DNA from: Candidatus Omnitrophota bacterium
GTDB taxonomy: Bacteria > Omnitrophota > Gorgyraeia > Gygaellales > Profunditerraquicolaceae
Length of the DNA: 58,624 bases
Direction of reading: 5' to 3'
NCBI GenBank assembly: GCA_041654215.1
Contig: JBAZDY010000001.1
Span: 1-58,624 of the forward strand
The notes beneath the pieces are model-generated. The model was given only the letters and a program-made list of their open reading frames with translations, had not been told where the DNA came from and searched no databases. The translations under genes and the position numbers were made by a program. Shown here one piece after another: positions 17,068 through 25,528 of the stretch (position 1 is its first letter; each line of letters opens with the position of its first letter).

Positions 17068-18160
17068 CCAGAGCGTACCTGTCGGTCATTCCCGCGATGT
17101 AATCGCAGACGACCTGTTTTTTGCCGTAAACGGTTATTTTTCCCTGTTCAGCCGGCGGCAGCTGCGCCGGAGACTCCGCGTAAAGATTAAAAAGCTCGGT
17201 TATGAAGCGCCGCGCCTTGTTGCTCATGCGCATCACCCTGTAGTGATGGTAAAGGTTATCCATCAGGAATCCCCTCAGGGGCCGCCTTAATTTCAGCATG
17301 GACGGGCTGAAAACCACGGCTTTCTCCCCCGCGCTACGCACGTCGCGCTCGCTCTTCAGACTCATACTGTCAATGCGCTTCCGGGTTGCTTCGATCAAAT
17401 CGGTAACCTGCACATTGATCAGAGATCTTATCACGAGGTATTTGCGTTTCTGGCCGTCCGCCCTTCCGCCGATACCCGATGACATTTTATCCCATATCGG
17501 CAATTTTTCAAGCTCTTCCTCGTTTAGCAGCCCGGAAGCGAGGCCGTCGTCGAGATCGTGATTGTCGTAGGCTATCTCGTCGGCGATATCCACCACCTGC
17601 GTTTCCAGAGAGGGCGTCTCGTTATCCGGAAACCCCGCCACTTTCTCCGTTTTGTCGAATTCCGTGGAATGCCTGATTATGCCTTCCCTGACCTCGTATG
17701 TGAGGTTCAGTCCGGGGAAGTCGGGATATTTGTCCTCCAACTGGTCTACCACACGCAGACCGTGCCGGTTATGATTGAACCCTCCTTCATCGGACATCAA
17801 ACCGTTTAGGGCCTCTTCCCCGGCATGGCCGAAAGGGGTATGCCCAAGGTCATGGGCGAGAGCTATAGCTTCCACCAGATCCTGGTTCAACCGCAATGCG
17901 CCGGCGATGGTGCGCGCTATCTGGGAAACTTCTATACTGTGCGTCAGCCGGGTGCGGTAATAATCGCTTTCGTGTATGACGAAAACCTGGGTTTTATATT
18001 CCAGGCGTCTGAACGCGGCAGAATGCACTATCCTGTCCCTGTCGCGCTGGTAGGCGGAACGATATGGATGCTCGGCTTCCTTGTGCACGCGCCCTCTGCT
18101 GCGGCGGCTTTTCATCGCGTAAGGGGCGAGCAGTATATCTTCGGTTCCCTTTTTATTCAA
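17027..18160 (-). CDS. dgt: dGTPase-like deoxynucleoside triphosphate triphosphohydrolase
   Basis: YQRDRDRIVHSAAFRRLEYKTQVF, RTRLTHSIEVSQIAR and HDLGHTPFGHAGE. Confidence 0.85.
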   Translation of the reverse strand: MNKKGTEDILLAPYAMKSRRSRGRVHKEAEHPYRSAYQRDRDRIVHSAAFRRLEYKTQVFVIHESDYYRTRLTHSIEVSQIARTIAGALRLNQDLVEAIALAHDLGHTPFGHAGEEALNGLMSDEGGFNHNRHGLRVVDQLEDKYPDFPGLNLTYEVREGIIRHSTEFDKTEKVAGFPDNETPSLETQVVDIADEIAYDNHDLDDGLASGLLNEEELEKLPIWDKMSSGIGGRADGQKRKYLVIRSLINVQVTDLIEATRKRIDSMSLKSERDVRSAGEKAVVFSPSMLKLRRPLRGFLMDNLYHHYRVMRMSNKARRFITELFNLYAESPAQLPPAEQGKITVYGKKQVVCDYIAGMTDRYALDEYKKLFDPYEKV

Positions 18161-18167
18161 ACAAGCC

Positions 18168-18653
18168 TCATTTCTTTTTTAATAATTCAAGCAGTTCTTG
18201 AAGGGACTGGGGAATGACCTTGATTCCGGAGGTAGCCGGCATAAAATTGGTGTCTCCGATCCAGCGCGGCACGACGTGTATGTGCAGGTGCCCGGGGATA
18301 CCGGCTCCGGCGGCCCTGCCTTCGTTTATTCCGATATTGAATCCCTCCGGCCCCAGTTTTGTCTTCAGCAGCAGCCGGACATCCCTGAGCAGGGAAAAAA
18401 GGCCGTCCGCTTCTTCGGCGCTTAAACCGCCGATGTCCGCCACGTGCCTGCGCGGAGCCACCATTACATGTCCGTTGTTGTAAGGATAGATATTCAACAC
18501 GGCGAAAGCCTCTTTGCTGGAGGCGAATACCATGTTCGCCCGGGGGGCATTCACCGCGGCGCAAAAAATACATCCCCGCGTCTTTCGCCGCCCGGCGGCA
18601 GGCCGCAAATACGCCGCCCTCCAGGGAGCCCAGAGTTTTTTCACGTCCGTCAT
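18168..18653 (-). CDS. HIT-family nucleotide hydrolase/transferase (Ap4A phosphorylase-like)
   Basis: Histidine triad GHLHIHVVPRW, CIFC near the N-terminus, and NIGINEGRAAG. Confidence 0.8.
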   Translation of the reverse strand: MTDVKKLWAPWRAAYLRPAAGRRKTRGCIFCAAVNAPRANMVFASSKEAFAVLNIYPYNNGHVMVAPRRHVADIGGLSAEEADGLFSLLRDVRLLLKTKLGPEGFNIGINEGRAAGAGIPGHLHIHVVPRWIGDTNFMPATSGIKVIPQSLQELLELLKKK

Positions 18654-19135
18654 ATCCGCACTATCCTTACTTCGATGCCGTTTTTTATTTCGATAAGCCC
18701 GTAAGAATTGTATGGGGCGTAAACCTTGTCCGTGGGGCTGCCCGGGTTGAAATAGATGACCCCGTCCCTTTCGATCCTGGAAGGCTGGTGGGAATGCCCG
18801 TAAACAGCCACTTGCACGTTCTTACCCCGGAATTCCGACTCTACGATATCCAGCAACCCGGCAGGCGCTCCCCATCCGTGCATAACCCCCATCTTGATGC
18901 CGCCCGGCAAGTCTATGATCAGTCTGGCGGACAGTTTTGTCTTAAGCTCTTCACCGTCCATATTACCGTAAACCGCCCTTACGTCCGGGCACACGCTCTT
19001 CAGTTCCTTAAGAACAGCCGCCTGCACTAAGTCTCCGGCGTGTATTACCATATCGGCCTGCCCGGCTATCCTGAGCAATACCGGGGGAACGACTCCGCTG
19101 GTGATATGGGTATCGGCAATGACCGCTATCTTCAT
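18650..19135 (-). CDS. YfcE/MJ0936-family metallophosphoesterase
   Basis: IAVIADTH, HAGD, GNMD and GHSH motifs in the canonical order. Confidence 0.8.
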   Translation of the reverse strand: MKIAVIADTHITSGVVPPVLLRIAGQADMVIHAGDLVQAAVLKELKSVCPDVRAVYGNMDGEELKTKLSARLIIDLPGGIKMGVMHGWGAPAGLLDIVESEFRGKNVQVAVYGHSHQPSRIERDGVIYFNPGSPTDKVYAPYNSYGLIEIKNGIEVRIVRI

Positions 19136-19188
19136 AGTTTAATCCCCTAGCCCAGAAATCCCCGGGTTTTAACCCGGTTGTACCTCAG

Positions 19189-19393
19189 CTTATCGGAAGG
19201 CTAAGTATTCGCTTGTGCGTGATACCTTAGCTTATCGGATGGCTAAGTATTCGTTCGTGCGAAAGTGCCGAAGGGATTTTTCGGGTATCTTAGACACGGG
19301 GTTATTTGAGAAAGAAACCCCGGTCGCGTGTCCTGAGCAGTTCGACAAGCTCATTACTGAAACCCGTCGAAGGATCAGCCCGGGGAGCTTCAT
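19189..19393 (+). repeat. Copy 2 of the dispersed element: box A duplicated in tandem (19189-19219 and 19231-19261, 42-nt period), hairpin region, a 55-nt insertion, box C (19378-19393)
   Basis: Direct comparison with 1-115. The stem cggggtt/aaccccg is kept while the loop differs (aatcaagaaag vs atttgagaaag). The insertion sits where copy 1 has the tgaa loop. Confidence 0.8.
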
Positions 19394-19424
19394 TTCAAGC
19401 CGCAGAATCACCCGGAGAAGCGTT

Positions 19425-21023
19425 TCAAACCACCACTCTGGGCCGGTGGAATATATCAAAAAGCTGGTTTATATTCTCGAGGTTCCAGGTTATGATTTTC
19501 TCTTCCAGCGCCCTCAAACGGGCATTGGTTTCCACATCGTGGAGCGCCACTAATATCTTTTTATCCAGTTTATTCCTGTACTTGCGGCATTCCTTGGCGA
19601 AAGCGGTAATGTCGTCCTCGGTGACCGGTTCATTCTTGAACCCCATTATCCACAAGGCATCCCCCGACCGCCCTATTACTCCGTCTCTCACTCCCCCGGC
19701 GCCGAACTCCAGCGGTTTTATTTCGCGAAACTGCGTGAGCCTGATCTTCCTGCGTTCGATCTGTATCACGTCGTCCTGGAAAAGGCCAAGCAGTTCCGTA
19801 ACACGTTCCTGCACGGGTTTCCGCGTGTCCTTGATAAACGCGCTGATGTCTTCCTTGAGCCGATTGCGGAATTCTTCTTTCTGCGTTTTATCGTCCGGGG
19901 AGAAAGAGAGGTTTTTCCCGCGGTGGACGAACTTAAGCCAGAAACCGAACATCCTGTCGGTAAACTGCAGGAATTCCCCTGCCTTCAGAATTATATCGTT
20001 ATCCAGCAGGTAACCGATACGGTTGTTCAATTCCGCGCGCTTTTTGCCGAGCAGATGCCCCAGATCCCGTATCTTGTTATGGCCGCCGGCTATCGAATGC
20101 GCGAGCTGCACGTAATCACGCCCGCAGGCTGCGGAGGAAAGCTTTTGCATGACTGCGGAATATTTCTGAAAAAGTATTCCGCACGGCTCGCACATCAGTT
20201 TTTCCAGGATATCAACCAGCCCCGCTCCAGGAGACTTGATCACGGCCTCGCTTACGGCGGTCAGATAGAACGGCGAGCCGCCGGTAAAATGTACCAGGAA
20301 CCCTTTCCAGCCGTTCTCGACCTGTTTCAGGCCGCGGAAGCGTTCCGTGAGAAACGCCTCGCTTGCGTCGTTAGCGAAGTTTTCGACCGATATCGTCTCG
20401 AAATTGCCGAAAAGCAGGGACAGGTCCCGGGAAAGCACCTCTTTGGTCCTGGAAACGGCGGAACTGGCTATAATATACATTACCTTCTTCTGCATGATCA
20501 GCTTTTTCGACCATTCTTCATAGAGGCTGCGGATGCCCAGCTTCTCCAGATCAAGGAATTCGTCCAGCACCACCACGCAGGATTTCCCCGTCTCCTCGGT
20601 GATAACGTCAAGCAGCGCAAGCAGAGGCGAAAAAAAAGAACTTTTTGAACGTTTGGTTTTTATTTCCGCAAGGAATTTCTTGACGGCTGCCGAAGTGCGA
20701 GGGATGTATTTCTCGGCCTTGGCGACGAGGAAATCGATGTCTTCCTTGACCGGGACGACTCCCGCGGAGAGAAAATTATAAAGCAGGGCCCCTATGAACC
20801 GCCTGGCAAAGCCCTCGAAGTTTTCCGGTCTGGTCTCCAGGTATAATATGATCAGCCTGCCGTCCTGGCCTTTACGCAGAAGAGCCCGTATGAGGGTAGA
20901 CTTTCCGCAGGATTCATAGCCTATCAGCGCTATGTTCTGCCTGTAGCCTTCTTTAAAATCTCTTATACGTTTAGCCAGGATATCCAGGTATTCCCGTCTA
21001 TCCCAGAATAATTCTTCTTTCAT
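19425..21023 (-). CDS. Arch_ATPase-type P-loop ATPase with a DUF234-like C-terminal domain
   Basis: Walker A IGYESCGKSTLI and Walker B VVVLDEF. The C-terminal block (WIMGFKNEPVTEDDITAFAKECRKY...) resembles the DUF234/nuclease-like module of archaeal-type ATPases. Confidence 0.55.
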   Translation of the reverse strand: MKEELFWDRREYLDILAKRIRDFKEGYRQNIALIGYESCGKSTLIRALLRKGQDGRLIILYLETRPENFEGFARRFIGALLYNFLSAGVVPVKEDIDFLVAKAEKYIPRTSAAVKKFLAEIKTKRSKSSFFSPLLALLDVITEETGKSCVVVLDEFLDLEKLGIRSLYEEWSKKLIMQKKVMYIIASSAVSRTKEVLSRDLSLLFGNFETISVENFANDASEAFLTERFRGLKQVENGWKGFLVHFTGGSPFYLTAVSEAVIKSPGAGLVDILEKLMCEPCGILFQKYSAVMQKLSSAACGRDYVQLAHSIAGGHNKIRDLGHLLGKKRAELNNRIGYLLDNDIILKAGEFLQFTDRMFGFWLKFVHRGKNLSFSPDDKTQKEEFRNRLKEDISAFIKDTRKPVQERVTELLGLFQDDVIQIERRKIRLTQFREIKPLEFGAGGVRDGVIGRSGDALWIMGFKNEPVTEDDITAFAKECRKYRNKLDKKILVALHDVETNARLRALEEKIITWNLENINQLFDIFHRPRVVV

Positions 21024-21151
21024 TGTTCTTTATCTAAAATAAGACCTTTAACTCCGCGTATGGTCAAACTGCCGGGAAAATCTTCCGTCATTTCAGCGCT
21101 GTCCACGCGGCGTAATCCGCTATTAATATTATTATATTATATATCACCGGC

Positions 21152-21859
21152 TCAGCCTGGCAAGTAAAAATACGGATTTTGGGCCGTCTGTCTTTTCCTT
21201 ATCTCGAAATGAAGATATGGCAGTTTGTCCCTGCCGGCACGCCCCACCCTGGCGATCAAGGCGTCTTTTTTTATGTAATCGCCTTTTTTTACCAAAAGTT
21301 CGGAATTTCTGCCGTAAACGGTGAAAAGCCCGTCGCCGTGCGAGATGATCAATGTCTTGCCGAATCCGTAAAACCCGGAAGAGGCGAATACTACTTTACC
21401 GCTGCGCGCGGCCAGGACCGGGGCGTTCATCGACGCCTGTATGTGAATGCCTTTATTCAACATACCCCTGGAATACCGTCCGAAAGAGGAAATGACCCTG
21501 CCTTTTACCGGCCAGGAGAAGTCTTCGTCCTGAAGCGTCCCTGAAGGCGCTGGAACCGGGGAGCTGCCTTTTTCCTCGGGGATGAAAAGCAACTGCCCTT
21601 CTTTTATGCATTCTGAATCGGAAATGTTATTGATTTTTACCAGGGTATCGAGCGGGATGGAATAAACGCGGGATATCTCCCAGAGAGTCTGCCCTCTGGC
21701 TATTTTATGGTATTTACCGGGCAAAGAGGCGGCAGGCGGGGCTTCCGGGACCCGTGGCAGGCCGGCGCAGCCGCAGACAATAAAGGCGCATAAACAGACA
21801 ATTGCCTTATCCAGCCAGCGGGGAACAGGTCTGGAAACGTGCTCATTTTTTTTCTGCAT
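21152..21859 (-). CDS. LysM plus M23 peptidase lipoprotein (NlpD-like)
   Basis: LysM: YHKIARGQTLWEISRVYSIPLDTLVKINNI. M23: GIHIQA...SGKVVFA...GKTLIISHGDG. Start trimmed to the ATG at 21859 (MQKKNEH) because the longer ORF overlaps the tRNA. Confidence 0.8.
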   Translation of the reverse strand: MQKKNEHVSRPVPRWLDKAIVCLCAFIVCGCAGLPRVPEAPPAASLPGKYHKIARGQTLWEISRVYSIPLDTLVKINNISDSECIKEGQLLFIPEEKGSSPVPAPSGTLQDEDFSWPVKGRVISSFGRYSRGMLNKGIHIQASMNAPVLAARSGKVVFASSGFYGFGKTLIISHGDGLFTVYGRNSELLVKKGDYIKKDALIARVGRAGRDKLPYLHFEIRKRQTAQNPYFYLPG

Positions 21860-21880
21860 CCGCGCAAGTAAAGGAAAAGA

Positions 21881-21950
21881 GCGGGTGAGCGGAATCGAAC
21901 CGCCATACACAGCTTGGGAAGCTGTTATTCTGCCACTGAATTACACCCGC
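21881..21950 (-). tRNA. tRNA-Gly (anticodon CCC)
   Basis: The reverse complement folds as a cloverleaf: acceptor GCGGGTG/CACCCGC, D arm ATTC/GAAT, anticodon arm ACAGC-TTCCCAA-GCTGT, T arm GGCGG-TTCGATT-CCGCT. No CCA is encoded. Confidence 0.9.
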
Positions 21951-22012
21951 ATGAATATTCTATATGTGCGGCCGGAACTCCGGCCGTGTGAAACCATACG
22001 AACAAACCCGTA

Positions 22013-23296
22013 TCATTTTAAGCAGCGTTTTACCAACCTGATAGAACAATATTTACCGCACATAGTGCAGACTTCAGATATCCCCGGTAACGAGGACTTC
22101 CTGTAGGCGGCCGCCTTTTCCGGATCAAGCGCGAGTTTTAGCTGCGTTTTCCAGTCCATACGAGCCCTGGCCCGCGAGATCCGCTTGTCCGGTATCAGCG
22201 CGCCCGGCAGGCCTTTGGCAATGTCGGCGGCATGAGCGGCAATCCTGGAGGCTACCACCCCTTCTCTGACATCATCCAGCCCGGGATGGCGCAGGTGCTC
22301 GGCCGGCGTTACGTAGCAGAGGAAATCCGCGCCGTTTGCGGCGGCGACCGCCCCGCCGATGGCGCCGGTTATATGATCATAACCGGCGGCGATATCTGTC
22401 ACCAGCGGACCGAGGACGTAGAAAGGCGCGCCCCGGCATATCTTTTTCTGCAGGCGGACATTCCTGGCTATATCGTTCAGCGGAACATGCCCGGGCCCTT
22501 CTATCATCACCTGAACGTTCCTGCGTCCGGCCCTGGCGGCAAGCTCGGCGAGAGTCTTCAACTCGCCTATTTGCGCCGCGTCCGTAGCGTCAAGAATGGA
22601 ACCGGGCCTTAACCCGTCACCCAGGCTCAACGTAATGTCATAATTATATGCGATTTCCAGAATCTTGTCAAAATTCTCCAAGAAAAGATTTTGCCTGCGG
22701 TGCAGGTGCATCCAGGCGGCGAGTATCGCTCCACCCCGCGAAACCACCGGCAGTATACGGGGTTTCTTTTTCAGCAGGGCGATATTCTCCCGGGTCACGC
22801 CGGCGTGAATAGTAAAGAAATCCACCCCGTCGCGCGCCTGGGCTTCCAGAACTGCCAGCATATCGCCGGCATTGAACTTCAAAGGATCGCCGGACCTCTT
22901 GTCGGCAATGGCGGCCATCTCGTACACGGGGACCGTGCCGAAAGGCACCGGGCATTTCTCCAGCAGTCTTTTTCTGATATAACGGAGATCTCCGCCTTCG
23001 CTGAGATCCATCACGGCGTCCGCCCCCAGGCGCACTGCCAGTTCAAGCTTGGCCGTTTCCCTTTTCAGGTCTATCTTGTCCGTGGAGGTGCCTATATTGG
23101 CGTTTATCTTTGTGCGCAGTCCCCCGCCTATGGCGCAGGGTTTTCTCAGGGTCCGCCTGTTGTTATTGGGGATTACCGCCCTGCCGGCGGCCAGGCTTTT
23201 AACCAGGTGAGCGGACGGCACACCTTCCAGTGACGCCGTCTTCTTTAACAAAACGGTGATCTTTCCTTTTTTAGCGGCTTCCAGTTGTGTGGTCAT
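22013..23296 (-). CDS. thiC: Phosphomethylpyrimidine synthase
   Basis: Short (427 aa) ThiC form with TVPVYEMA, FFTIHAGV, MIEGPGHVPL and C-terminal CTMCGKYC cluster motifs. Confidence 0.9.
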   Translation of the reverse strand: MTTQLEAAKKGKITVLLKKTASLEGVPSAHLVKSLAAGRAVIPNNNRRTLRKPCAIGGGLRTKINANIGTSTDKIDLKRETAKLELAVRLGADAVMDLSEGGDLRYIRKRLLEKCPVPFGTVPVYEMAAIADKRSGDPLKFNAGDMLAVLEAQARDGVDFFTIHAGVTRENIALLKKKPRILPVVSRGGAILAAWMHLHRRQNLFLENFDKILEIAYNYDITLSLGDGLRPGSILDATDAAQIGELKTLAELAARAGRRNVQVMIEGPGHVPLNDIARNVRLQKKICRGAPFYVLGPLVTDIAAGYDHITGAIGGAVAAANGADFLCYVTPAEHLRHPGLDDVREGVVASRIAAHAADIAKGLPGALIPDKRISRARARMDWKTQLKLALDPEKAAAYRKSSLPGISEVCTMCGKYCSIRLVKRCLK

Positions 23297-23374
23297 TTAT
23301 GGCAATCCCCTGGTTTGCTGATGATTCTGATACTCAATGGAGCGTGTATTATCCGCGCCCTTAAGCGCGCGGTT

Positions 23375-24082
23375 TTAGCGGCGTCGTAGTAAAGCTGTGA
23401 AACGCTCCACTTCGGCCGCAGGATCGGCGGCCGTTATAACTGCCGAGCAGACCGCGACCCGGCCGGCCCCCGCGCGTAAAAGCTCCGGCAGATTAGCGGC
23501 GCAAATCCCGCCTATACAGAAAAACGGAACCTTCACTTTCGGGGACTTGGCCCCGATAGGGGACTTGGCCCCGATAGGGGCTAAAGCTCCTCTCGAGACC
23601 AAGACATCCACAAGCGCGAGCCCTGCGTAAGCCGAACATTCCTTCGTGGCAGTCGGGAAGACCGGTCCGATGCCGAGATAGTCGGCCCCGGCTGACTGCG
23701 CGGCGAAGGCTTGCTCTAAAGACGAACAGGATATCCCGATAATCTTTTCCCGGCCCATCAGCCTTCTGGCTTCGTGCGCCGGCATATCCGATTGCCCCAG
23801 GTGCACTCCGTCGCACCCGCAGTCAAGCGCGATATCCGCATGATCGTTGAGAATAAAAAGCGTTTCAGAGCCGGTGAAGACTCCGGCAAGCCCCGCTGCT
23901 TCTTGCTTTATCCGGCTGAGCGGGGATACCTTATCCCTTAACTGCACCAGCCCGACGCCGGCGTCCCGCAGTTTCTCCGCCAGCCCGAAGATGTCTATTC
24001 CCCGGTCCGCGCAGACTTTTCCGTCTATCAGCACGTAAAGCCGAGAATCTGCAAGCCGATCTCTTCTCGATCTCATATACAC
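23375..24082 (-). CDS. thiE: Thiamine-phosphate synthase
   Basis: LYVLID, VGLVQLRDK, DGVHLGQSD, GISC, YLGIGPVFPT and CIGGI motifs. It contains an in-frame 6-aa tandem duplication. Confidence 0.85.
   Translation of the reverse strand: MYMRSRRDRLADSRLYVLIDGKVCADRGIDIFGLAEKLRDAGVGLVQLRDKVSPLSRIKQEAAGLAGVFTGSETLFILNDHADIALDCGCDGVHLGQSDMPAHEARRLMGREKIIGISCSSLEQAFAAQSAGADYLGIGPVFPTATKECSAYAGLALVDVLVSRGALAPIGAKSPIGAKSPKVKVPFFCIGGICAANLPELLRAGAGRVAVCSAVITAADPAAEVERFTALLRRR
23541..23580. repeat. 18-nt perfect tandem duplication inside thiE
   Basis: ggggacttggccccgata appears twice (23541-23558, 23559-23576), followed by a partial gggg. It encodes the repeated PIGAKS in a loop before the CIGGI motif. 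Confidence 0.9.
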
Positions 24083-24479
24083 GGTATCGCGCCTTTTGAA
24101 AACCCGCCGCCGCCCCGCAGTTTTTCAGTTTGGAGAATTCCTCCAAGACGCGCAGGGACTCTTTTACCCGCTGGATGTTGGCGTAAAGCACGTCTTCCAG
24201 AGAAGCGCGGCTGAACTCTCCCGGGGCAGTGATCGTCGTTCCAACGTCCGTGCCGGTAGAACGGCTGCCGATAAGCGCTTCCATCCGGTTCAAACGCGAG
24301 GAAAGCATATCGGCGTCGTGCCGCAGGCGCTTGAACGCCGCGGTAAGCCCGGTGTCCTCAAGGACAAAACGGCAGACCTCCTCGCAGACGCGCAGCCCCT
24401 CTTTGAGCCTGTTGATATTGGCGTCCAGTATGCGGTCGACGCCCCGGTATATCCCTGCGGGTGAAGATCGGGGATTCAT
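23931..24479 (-). CDS. Protein matching the domain usually fused to the ThiE N-terminus (ThiD2-like); its last ~50 codons overlap thiE out of frame
   Basis: RILDANINRLKEGLRVCEEVCRF...ANIQRVKESLRVLEEFSKL...ARYRVYEIEK. After that point the translation turns into low-complexity Arg/Gly sequence while the thiE frame begins. Confidence 0.5.
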   Translation of the reverse strand: MNPRSSPAGIYRGVDRILDANINRLKEGLRVCEEVCRFVLEDTGLTAAFKRLRHDADMLSSRLNRMEALIGSRSTGTDVGTTITAPGEFSRASLEDVLYANIQRVKESLRVLEEFSKLKNCGAAAGFQKARYRVYEIEKRSACRFSALRADRRKSLRGPGNRHLRAGGETAGRRRRAGAVKG

Positions 24480-24988
24480 CTTTTGGGACAGGAACGGATA
24501 ATCTTGTCTATGAGAGAAGACGTGGAGAAGCCGTCCACGAAATCAAGCGAAGTCACTTTCCCGCCGCCGGCTTCGACCAGGTCTGAGCCGACAATCTCCT
24601 CTTTACGCCAGTCTCCGCCTTTGACCAAAACGTCCGGCTTGACGGCCTTGATCAGATCATACGGGGTGTTTTCGTCGAACAGCACGACGAAGTCGACGCT
24701 CTGCAGCGCCGCGACCAGCGCCGACCGGTGCTCCTGACGGATCACCGGCCTGGACTCGCCTTTCAGCCTGCGGACTGAAACGTCGCCGTTTACGCCGACA
24801 ATCAGCACGTCGCCCAGCGCTGCCGCCTCCTGCAGGTAAAGAGCGTGCCCGTAATGCAGTATATCAAAACAGCCGTTGGTGAAAACTATCTTCCTGCCCG
24901 CCTCGCGCAGTTCCCGGGCCAGCGCAGTTATTTCCGGCAGTGTTTTTATTTTTGACTGTAGAAAAGTCTGTGCTCTACGATCTCGCAT
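24476..24988 (-). CDS. D-glycero-beta-D-manno-heptose-1-phosphate adenylyltransferase (RfaE domain II / HldC type)
   Basis: VFTNGCFDILHYGHALYLQEA...IVGVNGDVSVRRLKG is a cytidylyltransferase fold signature. Confidence 0.8.
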   Translation of the reverse strand: MRDRRAQTFLQSKIKTLPEITALARELREAGRKIVFTNGCFDILHYGHALYLQEAAALGDVLIVGVNGDVSVRRLKGESRPVIRQEHRSALVAALQSVDFVVLFDENTPYDLIKAVKPDVLVKGGDWRKEEIVGSDLVEAGGGKVTSLDFVDGFSTSSLIDKIIRSCPKR

Positions 24989-25524
24989 ATAATATGCCCG
25001 ATGGTGATGTGAGCTTCCTGGATACGGGCCGTTATTGTCGAAGGGACCACGACGCAGACGTCCGGTATTTTCGCCAGTTCTCCCCCGTCCCCGCCGGTCA
25101 GAGCGGCGGTGGACATGCCTATCTTTTTCGCCTGTTTTATTGCGGCGGCCACGTTCTTCGCCTTGCCGCTTGTCGATATACCGAGGGCCAGGTCGTTCTT
25201 ATGGCCGAGGGCTTCTATCTGGCGCGAGAAGACGGTTTCGTAGCTGTAATCGTTCGCGACCGCGGTGAGCACCGACGTGTTGACGGTCAGCGATAAAGCC
25301 GGCAGGGCAGGCCTGTCTTTCTGAAACCTGCCCACGAACTCCGCGGCGATGTGCTGGCTGTCGGCCGCCGAACCGCCGTTGCCGAATATGATGAGCTTTC
25401 CGCCTTTCTTCAGGCTGGTAATCGCCATTTCCGCTATCTCGATTATGCGCGGGATCTCGTTGCGCATCATCTCTTCCTTGATGCGTATGCTTTCCAGGAA
25501 AATGTCTTTTATTTGTTCTCTCAT
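24946..25524 (-). CDS. gmhA: Phosphoheptose isomerase
   Basis: SIS domain: GNGGSAADSQHIAAEFVGRF, ANDYSYE, GISTSG and RIQEAH. Confidence 0.85.
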   Translation of the reverse strand: MREQIKDIFLESIRIKEEMMRNEIPRIIEIAEMAITSLKKGGKLIIFGNGGSAADSQHIAAEFVGRFQKDRPALPALSLTVNTSVLTAVANDYSYETVFSRQIEALGHKNDLALGISTSGKAKNVAAAIKQAKKIGMSTAALTGGDGGELAKIPDVCVVVPSTITARIQEAHITIGHIICEIVEHRLFYSQK

Positions 25525-25528
25525 ATCT

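Noticed and set aside
16003-17190. Long ORFs antisense to real genes, for example 16003-17190, 27795-29090, 35315-36613, 37840-38625, 52946-53755, 55318-56022 and 846-1700.
   Set aside because: Each lies opposite a gene with clear family motifs. Their translations are low-complexity and Arg/Gly/Pro-rich with no recognisable motifs, which is typical of shadow ORFs in GC-rich DNA.
19153-19165. The 13-mer cagaaatccccgg also occurs in inverted orientation at the window end (58612-58624). Both copies are followed by a short ccgg...ccgg hairpin, which could suggest another repeat copy.
   Set aside because: Exact 13-mer matches are expected many times by chance among all position pairs in about 117 kb of two-strand sequence. 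The similarity does not extend into box A.
19322-19377. A hammerhead-like signature (ctgagcag ... gaaac) in the 55-nt insertion of repeat copy 2.
   Set aside because: It does not fit the CUGANGA core (C instead of G at the sixth position), and no helix I/II/III arrangement is evident.
21860-21910. The N-terminal extension of the NlpD-like ORF (track start 21910).
   Set aside because: It overlaps tRNA-Gly (21881-21950). The ATG at 21859 gives a normal lipoprotein signal peptide.
23297-23374. A possible TPP riboswitch upstream of thiC.
   Set aside because: The 78-nt spacer, read on the minus strand, has only a ccgcgc/gcgcgg hairpin. It lacks the conserved CUGAGA and pyrimidine-sensing elements, and it is too short for the aptamer plus expression platform.
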